NCBI RefSeq assembly: GCF_963676685.1
Contig: NC_092357.1
Coordinates: forward strand, 61,566,001-61,630,000
Origin: Mytilus edulis
Taxonomy: Eukaryota
Length of the DNA: 64,000 nucleotides
Direction of reading: 5' to 3'
Of this stretch, positions 1 through 13,339 are shown piece by piece. The translations under genes were made by a program, and so were the position numbers. How positions within the stretch are numbered: the first letter of the stretch is position 1; every line of letters begins with the position of its first letter. The notes below the pieces were generated by a model. That model saw only the letters and a list, made by a program, of their open reading frames with translations. It did no database searches and was not told where the DNA came from.

Positions 1-489
1 TGATATATCTTTCTTCAGATGTAAGGCATAACTTATCTGATATTAGGTTACATTCGCAGGATTTAAAAGGTGATAACATATTAAACTTATCATCATTAAA
101 GACTTGTAACCTACAAGATAAAATAATCTTACAATATTGATCTGCAATAAGTTTTGTGATAACAGGTAATAGCTTTTTCCAGCTCTCAATTTGTTGTTGG
201 TTAGCAACAAAATTTCCACAAACATCATCTATAACAAAAACAGTATGTTTATCTGGTTGATAAGTATGTCTGAAATCGTCTGGTTTTTTCAAAGGTATTA
301 TTTGGTATCCTTCCTTCTGTAATATAAGTGCTGTGTGTCTTGCGATAAATGTTTTTCCAACTCCTGATGGACCAGTTAAAGTCAAACAACTTTTGTTCTG
401 TAAACATTTCATGACGTAATCACTAGCTCTTGTAGACACAAACATCTTATCTTTCGTTTCCCAATCTTTTAATTGCTTTTTAATATGAT
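1..489 (-). CDS. Exon encoding a STAND-class P-loop NTPase (nSTAND3-like), running off the left edge
   Basis: Acceptor atttcag| at 491-490, phase 1. Stop-free translation DHIKKQLKDWETKDKMFVSTRASDYVMKCLQNKSCLTLTGPSGVGKTFIARHTALILQKEGYQIIPLKKPDDFRHTYQPDKHTVFVIDDVCGNFVANQQQIESWKKLLPVITKLIADQYCKIILSCRLQVFNDDKFNMLSPFKSCECNLISDKLCLTSEERYI. Walker A GPSGVGKT, Walker B VFVIDD, sensor-1-like IILSCR. Absent from the ORF track because it has no stop inside the window. Confidence 0.92.
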
Positions 490-1729
490 CTGAAATATAT
501 TCAATTGTTAGTCTTAAAAAAAGAATGACTACTTATATTAATGATGTATTATCTATGTTATCATATAAAACATAAAACCATTGATGTTGTCTGTGGTGTC
601 GTTTGATTCCACATTTTGTTATTTCATGACCTTTTTACTTTAATTTAGGACTCTTTTTCTTGTTAAAGTCTGCACGGTGGCCTGTAATTATTTATGTTTT
701 TGTTCTAATTGGATAGTTTTTAAATTGGCATCTTGTACTACATCTTCTAAACAAAAAATTGTTCAATTAAGAATACCACCGTAATACATATAATTAATAG
801 CAAAATAATAACAGATTGTCTTGGGTAACGATTGAACATTTCTATTAAATCATTAGTTATTGAAAATCACTAAAACAAGACTTGAAATACCCAATTTTGT
901 AATTCCTAACATTAATTGCTTGGCCTTAATATGAACCAGCAAAAGTCACATGATATGCAGCATACTATCCAGGAGTTGAACCGATAAATTTATTATTTAA
1001 AGCCGGACAAATGAATACCACTCAAAGCAACTACTAGTAATTTGATCCGTTGACCTAAGATCAAGGTCACATACAGATCATGACAATATACGATACACCG
1101 TTATGAAAGTATCATAAAGAAAACAAGTTTTGGCTTTGACAAGGTTGTATCATTGTCTACTCTTTGTTTGCATGTGTATGCGGAGGGTACAGGTACCCAA
1201 ATAGTTCTTTCTAAACTTTCTAAGACTAAATAAATTGTCTTTAACTTTAAAAGTAAGCTTATTAGTTGTCTATGTTATGTCTTCTGTACTATTATTTGTC
1301 TTTTTGTCTTTTTATGTTTAGCAATGGTGTTTTCAGTTTATTTTTAACCTACGAGTTTGACTGTCTGTTTTGTATCTTTCGTTCCTGTTTTATTAAGGCG
1401 GTATGGGTGTCTAAATTAAAAATGATAGAATATGTCCATACTTTGCCAAAACATAGTGTATCTTGATATGTGATCAAAAATATAATAAAAATGATAGGAA
1501 CAAAACCAGGTTCAACCCACCATTTGTTTTTATTAAAATGTCCTGTAAGAAGTCAGGCAAATGGCCATTGTTATATTATAGTTCTTTCTGTGTGTGCTAC
1601 ATTTAAAAGATTTGTTTCTGTTGTGTCGTAGTTCTCCCTTGATATTTGATGTGTTTCCCTCATGTTTTTAAGTTTGTAACCTGGATTTTTTTTTCAATCG
1701 ATCTATGATTTTCGAAAAGCGGTATACTA

Positions 1730-3580
1730 CTAAATTGTCTATTCTTTTTACCAGTACATTTGGTAGAATCATAAACCTGATAATAAATTGTTCAAATAAG
1801 GCCTTCGAAAATAGTGGAATTAATTACTTTTGGAGTGTCAAGAACTCGTTAGAAGTACTTGATAAATTGCATGCTTATATTGGTAATTTCGAATCTGTTC
1901 AAAGTTTTTTTTTTATTTTTCTACCCTATATACCACATTGCCTCACATTCTCATTAAGAAAAAAATCACACACCTAATTAAATGGGCATTTAAAAAGTCA
2001 GAATGTGAATATATATGTTCAAACTCTTTTAGGTAATTTTTTAGTAGCAGTAAACAAAAAAACTATGTCAATTGGACATATTTTGATACTATATCTGCCC
2101 TTGAATTTTTACTAGATAACATTTTTGTTCGCTTTGGAGATTCCGTATATCGTCAGGTTATCGGAAATCAAATGAGGACTAACTGTGCACCACTTATTGC
2201 GGACCTGTTTTTGTATTGCTATGAGTTACAATTTATGACAAAAATCAGCAAAGACCCATCAAAACAACATCTAATAAACAAATTTAATAATACTTTTATC
2301 TATTTGGATGATGTTTTGGCTCTCAATAATGACGACTTCAGTATGTATTCTAAAGAAATTTATACTGTTGAGCTTACTTTAAATAAAGCTAATACTAACA
2401 ATGACCACTGCCCTTTCCTCTATCTTCATATCTATATCAGTAACGGAAAGCTTATACTAAAATTTATGATAAAAGAGATGATTTTTCATTTCCTATAGTT
2501 AGTTATCCATTTTTAGATGGTGACGTTCCCTTGTCACCATCTTACGGTGTTTATATATCTCAACTTGTACGATTCGCTCGTGTCTGTAACAATGTTTTAG
2601 ATTTTAACGAGAGAAATTTATGTACTACTGAAAAATTATTACACCTGGGTTTTCGATATGACAAACTAGTCAAAACATTTACTAAATTTTATCATCGGTA
2701 TAAAGACATCATTCGTAAATATAGCTCAACATGCAGACTTCTTATACGTTCAGGTATTTCACATCGATTTTTTTATGGAAATATTCTTTATAAAGCACAA
2801 AAATGTTAGTATTCACCTCAGAAACTTACAAAACCTTTAAATATTAAGAAGGGATATAGTTACGATACTGTTGTCAGGTCATTAAAGATTGCATATTTTG
2901 GCATTAATATTGATTCACTTATAGGGTCTTTGCATCGGAACTTAACACATTCATATATAAAAAAACAGTTCTTGGCATGACACGGGTTATGTTTTACTCA
3001 TATATGTTATGATGGTATGATACTAAACCCCTAACGGGAAGGATTTTGCCTGATATTCATATGATGAAATCATAATTTTTTAAACAGTTTAATTGAAGTC
3101 TGGAGCTGGCATGTCAGTTAACTGCAGTAGTCTGTTGTTATTTATGTATTATGTCATTTTATTTATTTTCTTTGGTTACATCTTCTGACATCAGACTCGG
3201 ACTTCTCTTGAACTGAATTTTAATGTGCGTTTTGTTATGCGTTTATTTTTCTACATTAGCTAGAGGTATAGGGGAGGGTTGAGATCTCATAAACATGTTA
3301 AACCCCGCCGTATTTTTGCGCCTGTCCAAAGTCAGGAGCCTCTGGCCTTTGTTAGTCTTGTATTATTTTGATTTTAGTTTCTTGTGTACAATTTGGAGTT
3401 TAGTATGGCGTTCATTATCACTTAACTAGTATATATTTGTTTAGGGGCCAGCTGAAGGACGCTCCGGGTGCGGGAATTTCTCGCTATATTGAAGACCTGT
3501 TAGTGACCTTCTGCTGTTGTTTTTTTCTATGGTCGGGTTGGTGTCTCTTTGACACATTCCCCATTTCCATTCTCAATTTT
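1730..3580 (+). mobile_element. Degenerate Penelope-like retroelement (probably Naiad/Chlamys type): RT plus 3' non-coding tail
   Basis: Frameshifted ORFs 1705-1977, 2172-2498 and 2531-2809 carry FWSVKNSLEVLDKL, TNCAPLIADLFLYCYE, YLDD and YGVYISQLVRFARVC. The tail 2920-3580 recurs at 49948-50601. Confidence 0.85.
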
Positions 3581-5158
3581 ACTGTTACCTTTATAAGTCT
3601 CCGTATATTTTCTCAAGCTACAGATTATGACAAAATGACACATTTTATATGGACTATACAGGGGAAAAATCATTATACTAAACTAAATGATAGAAATAAA
3701 AAATAACATATCAGAAGATAGCTTAAAGAAAATGCTTTGAGAAAATCAAAAGAAACGATAGGGTTACCGAACTTTTTTCCTGGCTAAAATACAAAATAGC
3801 AAAATTCCATACAGATTCCTTCAGAAAATGAACTAATTCAGAATTACTTCACCTTAAAATGCCAATTTAAAAACATTTAAAATCAAGAAATAAAAAAATG
3901 CACGTGTGAAAAAGTTAATATTCATAAGTTATAATCTTATAAGTGTGTTCCTCAAAATGCAAATTTACATTAGTTATCAATATTTGCTAACTTGACTGAA
4001 AATCTGGACCTTAGGTTCCCTGTTTTTTACAATTCAAGATGGCAAAAGACAGCCGATCCCAGCTTAACCAAGGGTTCGAGATGGTAAAGATGATATTATC
4101 CTTTTTTTAAGTTTGCTGATGCTATTACGAGATGGTTTACCGTTATGGAATATCTGTTTCACAATGACGACGGAAATGATTCCTTTCCCTTTTTCCCGAA
4201 TATTGTACCGATTACGACTTAACCCCGGACTTTGCGAATATAAAAGCAACACAGAGGTGCCATATGTAGTGCAGTATCTGCTTACCATTCTCATCTCCAG
4301 TTTTTGTGGGAACTTGTTGCTTAGTCCTAAGTTTCATATTTTGTGTTTATTTTATAAGATGTTTACTTGTTTTAGTTCCCATGGTGTTGCTAGGTTATTT
4401 TTCGACTTATGAGTTTGACTGTCCCTTATTTTAGCTTTCGCCTCACTTTTACATGAACAAAATGAAATATATTCAAAGTCATTAGACCGTGTACGACAAG
4501 GCGTAACAAAGGTATATACCATTAATATTAGGATTTGGTTTAAAAAATATCTGCGCCGAACTCCAATGAAGAGACAGCAATGGTCGAAATTCACATCTGA
4601 TGTTATAAAATTGGCATTGTAAATGTTATGATATTTCATTTTCAAAGTTTGCCACACGGAGTCGTTTCTATCGAAAGAGTTATTATATTTATGATATAAA
4701 TGGTTTTTGATAATATTTTGTGGATTTTGTGCATAATTCATATAGAATATGTGTAAACATACGAAATACATACGGATACGAAAACATACACATAGATTTG
4801 CTCATAATGCAATAACTAATCAATCAGGGTTACATGGGTTATGAATATGTTTGACCAAAGTTGACGCTACAGAAGCGTTGTAGTCAATTTCAAACATTGT
4901 TTGATTGAAACGATGTGATTGTGTCTCAATTCACAAGAAATATATAAAATGTGGTCATGGAAAACCAAAAATGTGTATGATATGTTTTGAATAAAACGTC
5001 AGCATCCGTTCCATATTCATGATATTGTGAAATGTAAATTTGGTGGGGAAGTTGAAAACTGTATAGTATATATGCGATCACAATCCAATTTTGAATTCAT
5101 CCGATTCCTTAAAGCTCTGTTTTATATAGATTTGTATATATATATATATATATATATA

Positions 5159-5335
5159 CAACTCGTCTAAACATCAACCCAACAATGTTAGATCTGTAAA
5201 TTTGCTTTCGCAAATTTTTGGTTCTTCCCTCGCCGGGATTCGAACCCATGCTACTGTGATATCGTGACACCAAATCGCCTGCACTGCAGCCGTCCCGCTA
5301 GACCACACGACCACCTGGGCTCTCAAAAAAGAGCT
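5159..5335 (-). mobile_element. tRNA-derived SINE-like element embedded in a (TA)n tract
   Basis: Minus strand gagcccaggTGGTCGTGTGGtctagc...atgGGTTCGAATCCcggcgag contains A-box- and B-box-like motifs, followed by a non-tRNA tail. TA repeats on both sides. Confidence 0.7.
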
Positions 5336-5591
5336 TTATATATATAATTGATTAACGTCATGTGGACATAGGTTAACTACTTTTGCGTCCGATCATCTCA
5401 ATAAAAGGGGCACCAAGATTTCACGTAAACAAATGGAATCAATAGATTTGTAGGATTTCACATCAACGTAGGATATTTTAACAATAATTTTCTGCAAATT
5501 TGTTTCGTAATCTTCCTTCATGCTTGACCATATCTGTTGTACCATATATAGATAACGTTACTTGACAGACAAACATTTAAATGAATAATAC

Positions 5592-5684
5592 CTGCGATTA
5601 TTATACTATCTTCTGCAACTTCTATAGATTTATCTATTGGACTCTTATGACAAGTTTGTATATGAAGTGTTTTTTCTGTTTTAT
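5592..5684 (-). CDS. Linker exon 3 (93 nt, phase 1-1)
   Basis: ttttgtag|...|gtatta. Encodes (D)KTEKTLHIQTCHKSPIDKSIEVAEDSIIIA. Paralogous to the exons at 8946 and 11248. Confidence 0.75.
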
Positions 5685-5904
5685 CTACAAAATATACGAA
5701 TACGTCTTGTTTGTTTAATTCTTAATGAATATTATCAAACTTTGTAAGGCTGTCAAGATAGTTTTCAACTGCAACACATATTTGTCATGATACATAAGAC
5801 ATACATATGGTATTAATTCAATATGTTCGTGTTGCTACAATGAACATATGACTATTTTGTTTTAAAAACGACACTTAAATATTAATCAAAACTAAGCTCA
5901 GGAA

Positions 5905-6360
5905 TATGGTATCTACTAAAAGACACAAGCTTCATATGCAGGCTCTGCTGGAATAATGCAACATACAAATTGAAAGTTGAGAATTTGGATTGTGATTGGA
6001 GAGATACGTTCAAAATAGCCACCAAACTTTAAAATATCTGAATTATTTGAACGTCAAAAACGGGTACATACGAAAATGATTCGAAAAAATATTCCTATGA
6101 ATCTCAATTGTAGTAAATTAATACTAAATTTCATTGCAGTAAAACAAATCTGAGTCATAAACATATGTTTTATCGGTGTTCCTAAAGACTATTTTGGGAA
6201 CATGAACATTGATTCGGTAACTTATTATCTTGTAATGAAATGTTACCCATATTCTTTTTTACTTCCAAGATGTACGCCAACACATAAGAAAGACTTGCAT
6301 TTATCTGTCTTATGCTTTATTTCAAATTTGATAAGATAAATGCATTCAACAAAGTCCTCG
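5905..6360 (-). mobile_element. Highly decayed Penelope-like RT 3' remnant
   Basis: Homologous to 7940-8400, which translates as ...PAYEAYISQ, the PLE RT C-terminal motif. Confidence 0.5.
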
Positions 6361-7379
6361 AATTATGAAGAATTCTTTTCCAACCGACGCAAATGACAGT
6401 CACTATCGTTCTATGTGATCTGAGATTGTGGAAATGATCATAAAATTTAGAATGGAAATGGAGAATGTGTCAAAGAAACAACAATCCGATCAAAGAGCGG
6501 CGGTGTGCTTCAGCTTGTCCCTAAACAAAAATATAAACTAGTTCGGGAATAATGGACGTCGTACTAAACTCCGAAATATACACAAGAACCTAAAATTAAA
6601 AATCATACAAGTCTAACAGAGGCTCCTTACATGGGACATGCACAAATATGCGGCTGGTTGAAACATGTTTTTTGAGATCTCAATCACCCCCTATACATCT
6701 AGCCTATGTAGAAAAAAACTAAACACAGAAAAATTAGACTGTTGGTTTTTGTTTTTCGTTATTTTTTTTGTACACAAATTAGGCCGTCAGTTTTCTCCTT
6801 TGAATTGTTTAACATTTGTTATTTCGAACCTTTTATAGCTGACTATGCGGTATTGGCTTTGCTCATTGTTGAAGGCCGTATAATGACCTATAGTTTTTTT
6901 TTATTTCTGTGACAATCGGTTACTTGTGATGAGCTCTCTGATTGGCACATCTGCTTTTTTTTTTTAACAAGATGTCTAACTGTTGTTTTAAGATTGAGAA
7001 CTTCGATACTTGCTCCGTTGGTTTTGTCATGCTTGTGCTTGTTAAAAAAAAGACGAAATTCATGGTAGGAAATGTAATCTCACAAATATCGCATCAAGTT
7101 AAAGATAATATCCTTTATGCAAACGCCATTGCAATTTTACTGCGAAGAATTGGCAAGCTGCAATTGGGAAACTGGAATTGACTCTTTAATAGCTAAGTTA
7201 TGATCTAAACCTACACATATTGACAATAATTTGATGTAAGTCAAGGTATGAGGTTGACTTAATTTTATCTGTTCTATACTTTATTTTCAGTTCGATGGAA
7301 TAGTTCCGTTCAACATAGTCTTAAACTTATTATAATTAGGTGAGAGGACATCGTCCTTATGGCGGTAGTTTAAGTTTAA

Positions 7380-8400
7380 TAATAATAATAGCTTCGTTTG
7401 ATTTTTATTGACAGGCTCTTGTAAGAAGTCAGTTTACTTCAAGACGGTGCGCTTTGATATTCCAATTGTCTGTTGAAAAAAATCCGTCTTCCTAAGGTAA
7501 CAAAAATATTGTCAATCAAGAAATGAATAATCTCGATATTGTCAGTTTCAGAGAGCTTTTTGTTTGAAGAAGAGTAATTTTCCACAAAGTGCGATTTTTC
7601 CTCTCTAACACAAGAGATACGTATATATTTACTTTGGTCATTGATTTCTATCAAACAAACGACCAATTGTTTCAATTTGTTTTTCAGGTTTGTATGAATA
7701 ATACTTTGGTAATGTGTAGAACGGTCAAATGTTTGATACTTATGGAAAATATTGTAAGGGGAAATGCATTTTCATGTTTGTGGTTGCTACAATGTATATA
7801 TGGCCTTTGGTTCAAATAAAACTGAATATTAATTTAAAATAACCCTAACAAAAATCGTAGATCATACCAGGTGCCCCGGAATGGTGAGTAGACCCTCTAT
7901 AAAGGCTTTCAAAATATGAAATATAAGCTCTAGCGTATCGTATCTACTGGGAGATATAAGCTTCATATGCAGGCTCTGATGGTTGGAACAATGCAACATA
8001 CAAATTGAAAGTTAAGAATTGGTAGTTCGATTGGAGAGATGCGTTCAAAATAGCCACCAAACTTTGAAATATCTTTGTAACGAAACTCGTAAGTTTATTA
8101 GAAATGCTAGCTACTTTGTATGCTAAGAAACTCATGCATGAAGTCAGCATCTTTTGAATAAGGGAAAAAGGTGGAATGAAAAGGAGCACGGAGGGTTCCC
8201 ATTGAAATGCAAATTGCTTGTTGAAAGAGTCTTTCTCAAAAGGTAATTAATAAGTCGAATGTTATCGTTGAAGTATATTTTAGTTTATTTCATTGCAGTT
8301 AAAAAAAAATGTGAGTCATAAACACGTACCTTGGGTGTTATTAAGCCACATTCTTGTTTTATCATGTGTTTCTATAAAACATTTAGGAAACTTGAGGTTG
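7380..8400 (-). mobile_element. Decayed Penelope-like RT remnants flanking a duplicated intronic segment
   Basis: ORF 7439-7675 contains FLIDNIFVTLG. ORF 7944-8189 contains PSEPAYEAYISQ. Confidence 0.55.
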
Positions 8401-8945
8401 AATGGTTATTAAGGCATGTAAACAGAATAGAAAGGATCGGAAACCTGATTGATTAACTTCCAGTGATGGCTATTATCTTATGCTAATTCGTAATGAAATA
8501 GTATATGAAATTTGTCTGTAGTACTGGATATTATATGAACGTTACTCCTGCCAAGTATTTTTTCATTTGAAACAAAGACAAATACTTCACAATATTACAA
8601 AGAAAAATAGGTGTAAACAATGGTGGTAGTACATGTAAGGGGTAAACAAGTCAAATGTAATGATTCAACTGCTAGAGGAAAAAAACAAACGCCTGGAATT
8701 AATTAGAATCCTCATCTGATTTTGTCAACCCTAAAGTCTTTAGTTACATAATTACTTTATAGTAAGCGTGTGATTGGTGATATCATTGACAAGTTCTTTA
8801 TAATTTAGACAGAGTTGTGTTTGATATCTAATAAAACGTAGACTGCTTTTTAAATAAAATGCTGACAATCGTTTACTGATAATCTTCCTCTGTGCTTTAA
8901 CATATGTTTTTATAACGTAGCATGTATCATATTTGTCAAATGTAC

Positions 8946-9023
8946 CTGATACTATTGTACTCTCATCTTCGATTTCATCAGATGTAGCCAATTCACGGAT
9001 ATAAATAGTTTCTTCTGTTTTGT
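8946..9023 (-). CDS. Linker exon 2 (78 nt, phase 1-1)
   Basis: ttttgaag|...|gtacat. Encodes (D)KTEETIYIRELATSDEIEDESTIVS. Differs from its paralogs by an in-frame 15-nt length difference. Confidence 0.75.
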
Positions 9024-9199
9024 CTTCAAAATATATGAAAAAAAATTACACGTATTAGTCTTAATGAATTATCAAACATAGTAATGTATACATTTTATTC
9101 AACTGCGACGAACATTTTTCCTGAAATATAAGAGATATCTCAAATAAAATTATTAATCTTTTTTGGCTACATCTTTTATTTCTAAGTAGCCTCACGAAC

Positions 9200-10850
9200 T
9201 GATGATTTACGAGAAGAAGTTGAACCGTACAGTTTGTCAGAATAGGTCAAAACTCTCAGGTCTCTGATAAAACGTCGCATTCATAAGTTGAAAAAACTGT
9301 GTGAAAGATCGGATAAAGTCCGTTTTAAGAGACAAAGAGGCCGGGAAATATCTAGCATCTCTTCATGATAAGTGTTTGTTGTTGTTCCTGCGGACAAAGT
9401 TTCAAATAATATTGTCTTTGTATGTAAATCGTATTACTACGAATGTCTTGTAAAATAATTCGGTATGAATGAGCACTCAGGTAACCATCCCTCAAACAAA
9501 AATATATCAATTGACAAGGATGAGATTTTACCAAATCATAAGCTCATCATGGCTTCAATGGGCATTACATTGAACACAAAATTGGAGGACTTACCTTGTT
9601 TGTATTTGATACCTAAACTTCATAAAGTTCCGTACAAACAACGATATATTGCTGGCTCATCTTCATGTTCCTGTGAAGAATTGTCCAATAGATTGACTAG
9701 AATTCTATCCGCAGTGAAAGAGGGTCTTCCGACATACTGTGAAACTGTTTACTCGCGTATGGTATTAACCATATGTGGATTCTTAAAAATTCTAAAGAAC
9801 TTCTAGATAATTTTAAATCTCGGTCTTTTTCATTTTGTTTTTCTGAAATTAGTTCTATCAAAACTTTTTATTTTTTAACCCTGTATACCACAATTCCCCA
9901 TATGAAATTGAAAAATCGACTGAAAGAAATAATCCACAATGCCTTTCAACATAAAAATGGTAGCATACGCTATAAATTTATTACTTTGGGATATCATAAG
10001 GCGTATTTTGTTTATAGTGAAAAACAAAGAGGTAAAACTATACAGAAAAACAAGTGATCAGTATGCTGGAGTTCATTATCGACAACATATTTTTTGAGTT
10101 TGGAGGTAGACTTTTTCAACAAATTGTCGGCATCCCTATGGCAACAAACTGTGCGCCTCTCCTTGCCGACCTTTTCTTATTTTCATATGAATCGGAGTTC
10201 CTTCAGGTACTAGTCAAAAACAAGAGGATCAAAGAAGCCAGATTATTTAATTTCACTTTCAGATATTGATGATGATGATGTTCTTTCCATAAATAATCCG
10301 AACTTTTTTGATTGGGTTCTATTAATATATCCCCCAGAACTAGAAATTAAAGAAACAACAGACACGGCTTCCTCCGCCTCATATTTAGACTTATATCTCG
10401 AATTTGACTTACACAGTCATCTCAATACCAGAATCTATGACAAACGAGACGATTTTAATTTTGAAATCATAAATTTCCCCCACCTTATTAGCAATAGACC
10501 AACTTCACCTGCATATGGGATATACATTTCCCAACTTATTCGATATTCAAGAACTTGCAGCTCCTACTCAAACTTTGTAAAACGTTATCAGTGTCTGATA
10601 AGAAAGTTGTTGAACTAATGGCATATCAAAGAACGTCTCGTCTTTTTTCTAAAAAAGTTCATCGGAAGGTACTAAGAGCTTGTTGATAAATATTCCATAT
10701 CAACTTCACAGATAATTCATGATGGTCTTGATGTATTATATTCTGCGTAGTGACGTTGATTATCATCTTAACAACATGTTATATAGTTTTTTCCATTCGT
10801 CTTTGTTCTAATATTAATATTACTTTTACTATTGGAATGTTTTCTGTGTA
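9200..10850 (+). mobile_element. Degenerate Penelope-like retroelement RT (second subfamily)
   Basis: Frameshifted ORFs 9465-10269 with LPCLYLIPKLHKVPYKQRYIAGS, MWILKNSKELL, TLYTTIPH and GIPMATNCAPLLADLFLFSYE. Downstream sequence reads YDKRDDFNF and AYGIYISQLIRY. Confidence 0.88.
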
Positions 10851-11247
10851 GAAAGGTCAAATGTGTAATACTTATGGAACATGTTGAAAGGGGAAATGCA
10901 TTTAATCGTTTTCTGTAAATGATATTTGGAATTCACCACCACCCAAACCTGATTCACGGTATCTGTGATGAGTTAATTCCCTAAATGGATAGTTTCACAA
11001 TGCATTACACCCGGACTTCCGTGCTGATATAATTGATTCTTATTATTTCGAAAGAGGTATGTATGGTCTGTGTTTGAATGCTATTTGTAGGATTCATATC
11101 TGTCAATAAATTATTGATAATCTACATTAGTCTCTGAATATATATATATTACTACACAAAGGCAAATAGTTTTCATTAATTAGCAGGTAAATATTTAACT
11201 GAATAATACCTTACAGTGTAATTTACATTCAAGTTCGTCAAATGTAC

Positions 11248-11340
11248 CTGAAACAACTGTACTGTCTTCTTCACCTTCAACAAATTTATCTGTTGGACTC
11301 ATATGACAAGTGTCCATATGAAGTGTTTCTTCTGTTTTGT
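11248..11340 (-). CDS. Linker exon 1 (93 nt, phase 1-1)
   Basis: atttgtag|...|gtacat. Encodes (D)KTEETLHMDTCHMSPTDKFVEGEEDSTVVS. Confidence 0.78.
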
Positions 11341-12153
11341 CTACAAATATATGATTACTTCTTGTTTGAATAATTCTCAATGGATATTATAAGATTTGTA
11401 AGGCTGTGTACATTATTTTTAACTGCAACACATATTCGTTATGATACATTAGATATGTCTCAGGTATTGTTTTAAATATGTTTGTGGTTGCTACAATGTA
11501 TATATGGTCTTTTGGTTCAAATAAAACTGAATATTAATAAAAAATAACTCTAACAAAAATCGTAGATCATACCTGGCCCCGGAATGGTGAGTAGACCCTC
11601 TATAAAGGCTTTCACCATATGAAATATAAGCTCTGGCGTTACGTATCTACTGTGAGATATAAGCTGCCATGGAAGAGACACTAATTTAAATCAGTGCCAA
11701 CCATTCATATATTTTATTTAGTTAGACAGTGTTTTTGATATCAAATATACATATTGGCCAACATGCTTTGAGTGCATCGTGAATATATAGGTATGTATGT
11801 TCCAGTAATATTGTGCGTGTGCAACGTTCAATTTGGGGTTTCCTTTCAACATTTTAACTTTGGAATAACTTCTTTTTGACTATACTCATAATTTTAAAAA
11901 CTGATCCGTTAATGGAGCACAGCTAGCTGAGTGTGCTCCATCTCTGTTGAGAATTACTTGAAGGAGCAGAAGATTGCAAATATTTCCGAATGATTCCGAT
12001 AAAATATGTTCCACAATTTTGAATTTGGATAGCAGCAAAAACTCATGTAAGAGGAGAATCACATAAGGTGTCTTTCTGCATAATGTGATTCTAATATGCA
12101 AGATCGTATCCAAGGACCTGCAAGCATGCAGTATTTTTATAGTTCTATTTATG

Positions 12154-12299
12154 CATAGGCGGATTTAAAGGAGGCCTGGCCCCCCTTTTCTGGGAAAAAC
12201 CTGGTTGATTATAGAGATTCACTGAAACGTGACTAGAGCGGGCCCCATCTTTGGCAGTCATTGGGCCCCCACTCATAAAAAATTCTAGATCCGCCACTG
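12154..12299. mobile_element. MITE with imperfect TIRs and a 5-bp TSD (hAT5-like)
   Basis: Ends cataggcggatt ... gatccgccactg, flanked by ttatg on both sides (12149-12153, 12300-12304). Confidence 0.65.
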
Positions 12300-13339
12300 T
12301 TATGTTCCTTTGAGGTGTTAATTTCTTTTTAGGGTTTGTCCACTTAAAATTGTTTACTTGTTAAGGATCTTCATGGTATCGTTAGTAAAAGATTTTCGCA
12401 ATTGTTCCTATGAAGACCTATTATTGTTCTAAGTAGCAATAATATATGAATTATGTCAGATACCAATACATATGCACAAAACTCCTACAAACTGATAAAA
12501 AACTTCTAGATACGATCAGGACTAACGGACAAAAGGTTAAAAAATATACTTGCTTACATTATCAGTAGTTATGTATAAGCGAATTATCATTTAAACTCAG
12601 GACTCATTAGTAGACATCACATTTTGTCTATGATTTTAAAAAGTATTAAGCAACCACCTAACGTTATAGTGCTAGTAGCATGACCATTGTTTGGTTATTT
12701 GTGCTTTACTTTATTTGGCTTCGGGACAAAAAAATGTTTAGTTAAGTTGTTAATAAAATGCTTTTATCTCTCCTTAAATACTTACATCGAATTGATGCTA
12801 CTTCAACAACTCATTGTGCTGACAGTTTTGACCATCTTACAGCCGATAATGTGCAATTGTGAGTTGTGTGTGAAATTTTTTTTCACAAATAAAATTGAGA
12901 AAGGAAATAGGGAATGTGTCAAAGAATGTATTTGCATAGCAATTTAATAATACACTTATACAAAAAGCTCAATCGGATAATTATCCAGTGATATCTTTTG
13001 TTATAGAGGCCTATCATGAACATTTACCCATCATAACCACCTCTGATCACCGATGATATTACAATCATGCCAAACTACATTGATCAGAAGTCTTGAAGAA
13101 GACACATTTCTTTTTTTTTATATCATATATACGTTTTCTAATTAAAACATATTTAGTTGTGGTAAAAACATTCAGTTTCTAGCAAGTTGTTGTCCCTTCA
13201 TGCACACATTAGTTATATATGCTGAGTGTCCCTCTTTTGAAATAAGAAAATTGATGTCTATTTTACAGACTAGACACAATGAACATGATGAAGTCTAAGT
13301 TTTATAAAATGTTAGGATGAACCATATAATTTTAAAAAG

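Noticed and set aside
3589-3617. 29-nt AG/GT-bounded micro-exon (LRKYTETYK) before the NTPase exon
   Set aside because: Open only with a phase-2 start, and no upstream exon ending in phase 2 was found nearby. It is not needed for frame continuity.
4352-4771. 139-aa minus-strand ORF
   Set aside because: No recognisable domain or fitting splice sites. It overlaps a dispersed repeat and probable decayed LINE sequence.
5225-5325. Possible tRNA gene
   Set aside because: A/B boxes are present, but I could not fold a convincing cloverleaf, and it continues into a tail within a TA tract. Treated as a SINE head.
1705-10850. RT ORFs near an NTPase as a retron or defence-associated RT system
   Set aside because: The RTs are frameshifted Penelope-like retrotransposon copies in spliceosomal introns, not a prokaryotic operon.
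11210-11247. Alternative downstream donor extending linker exon 1
   Set aside because: Adds 38 nt and breaks the frame with the following phase-1 exons.
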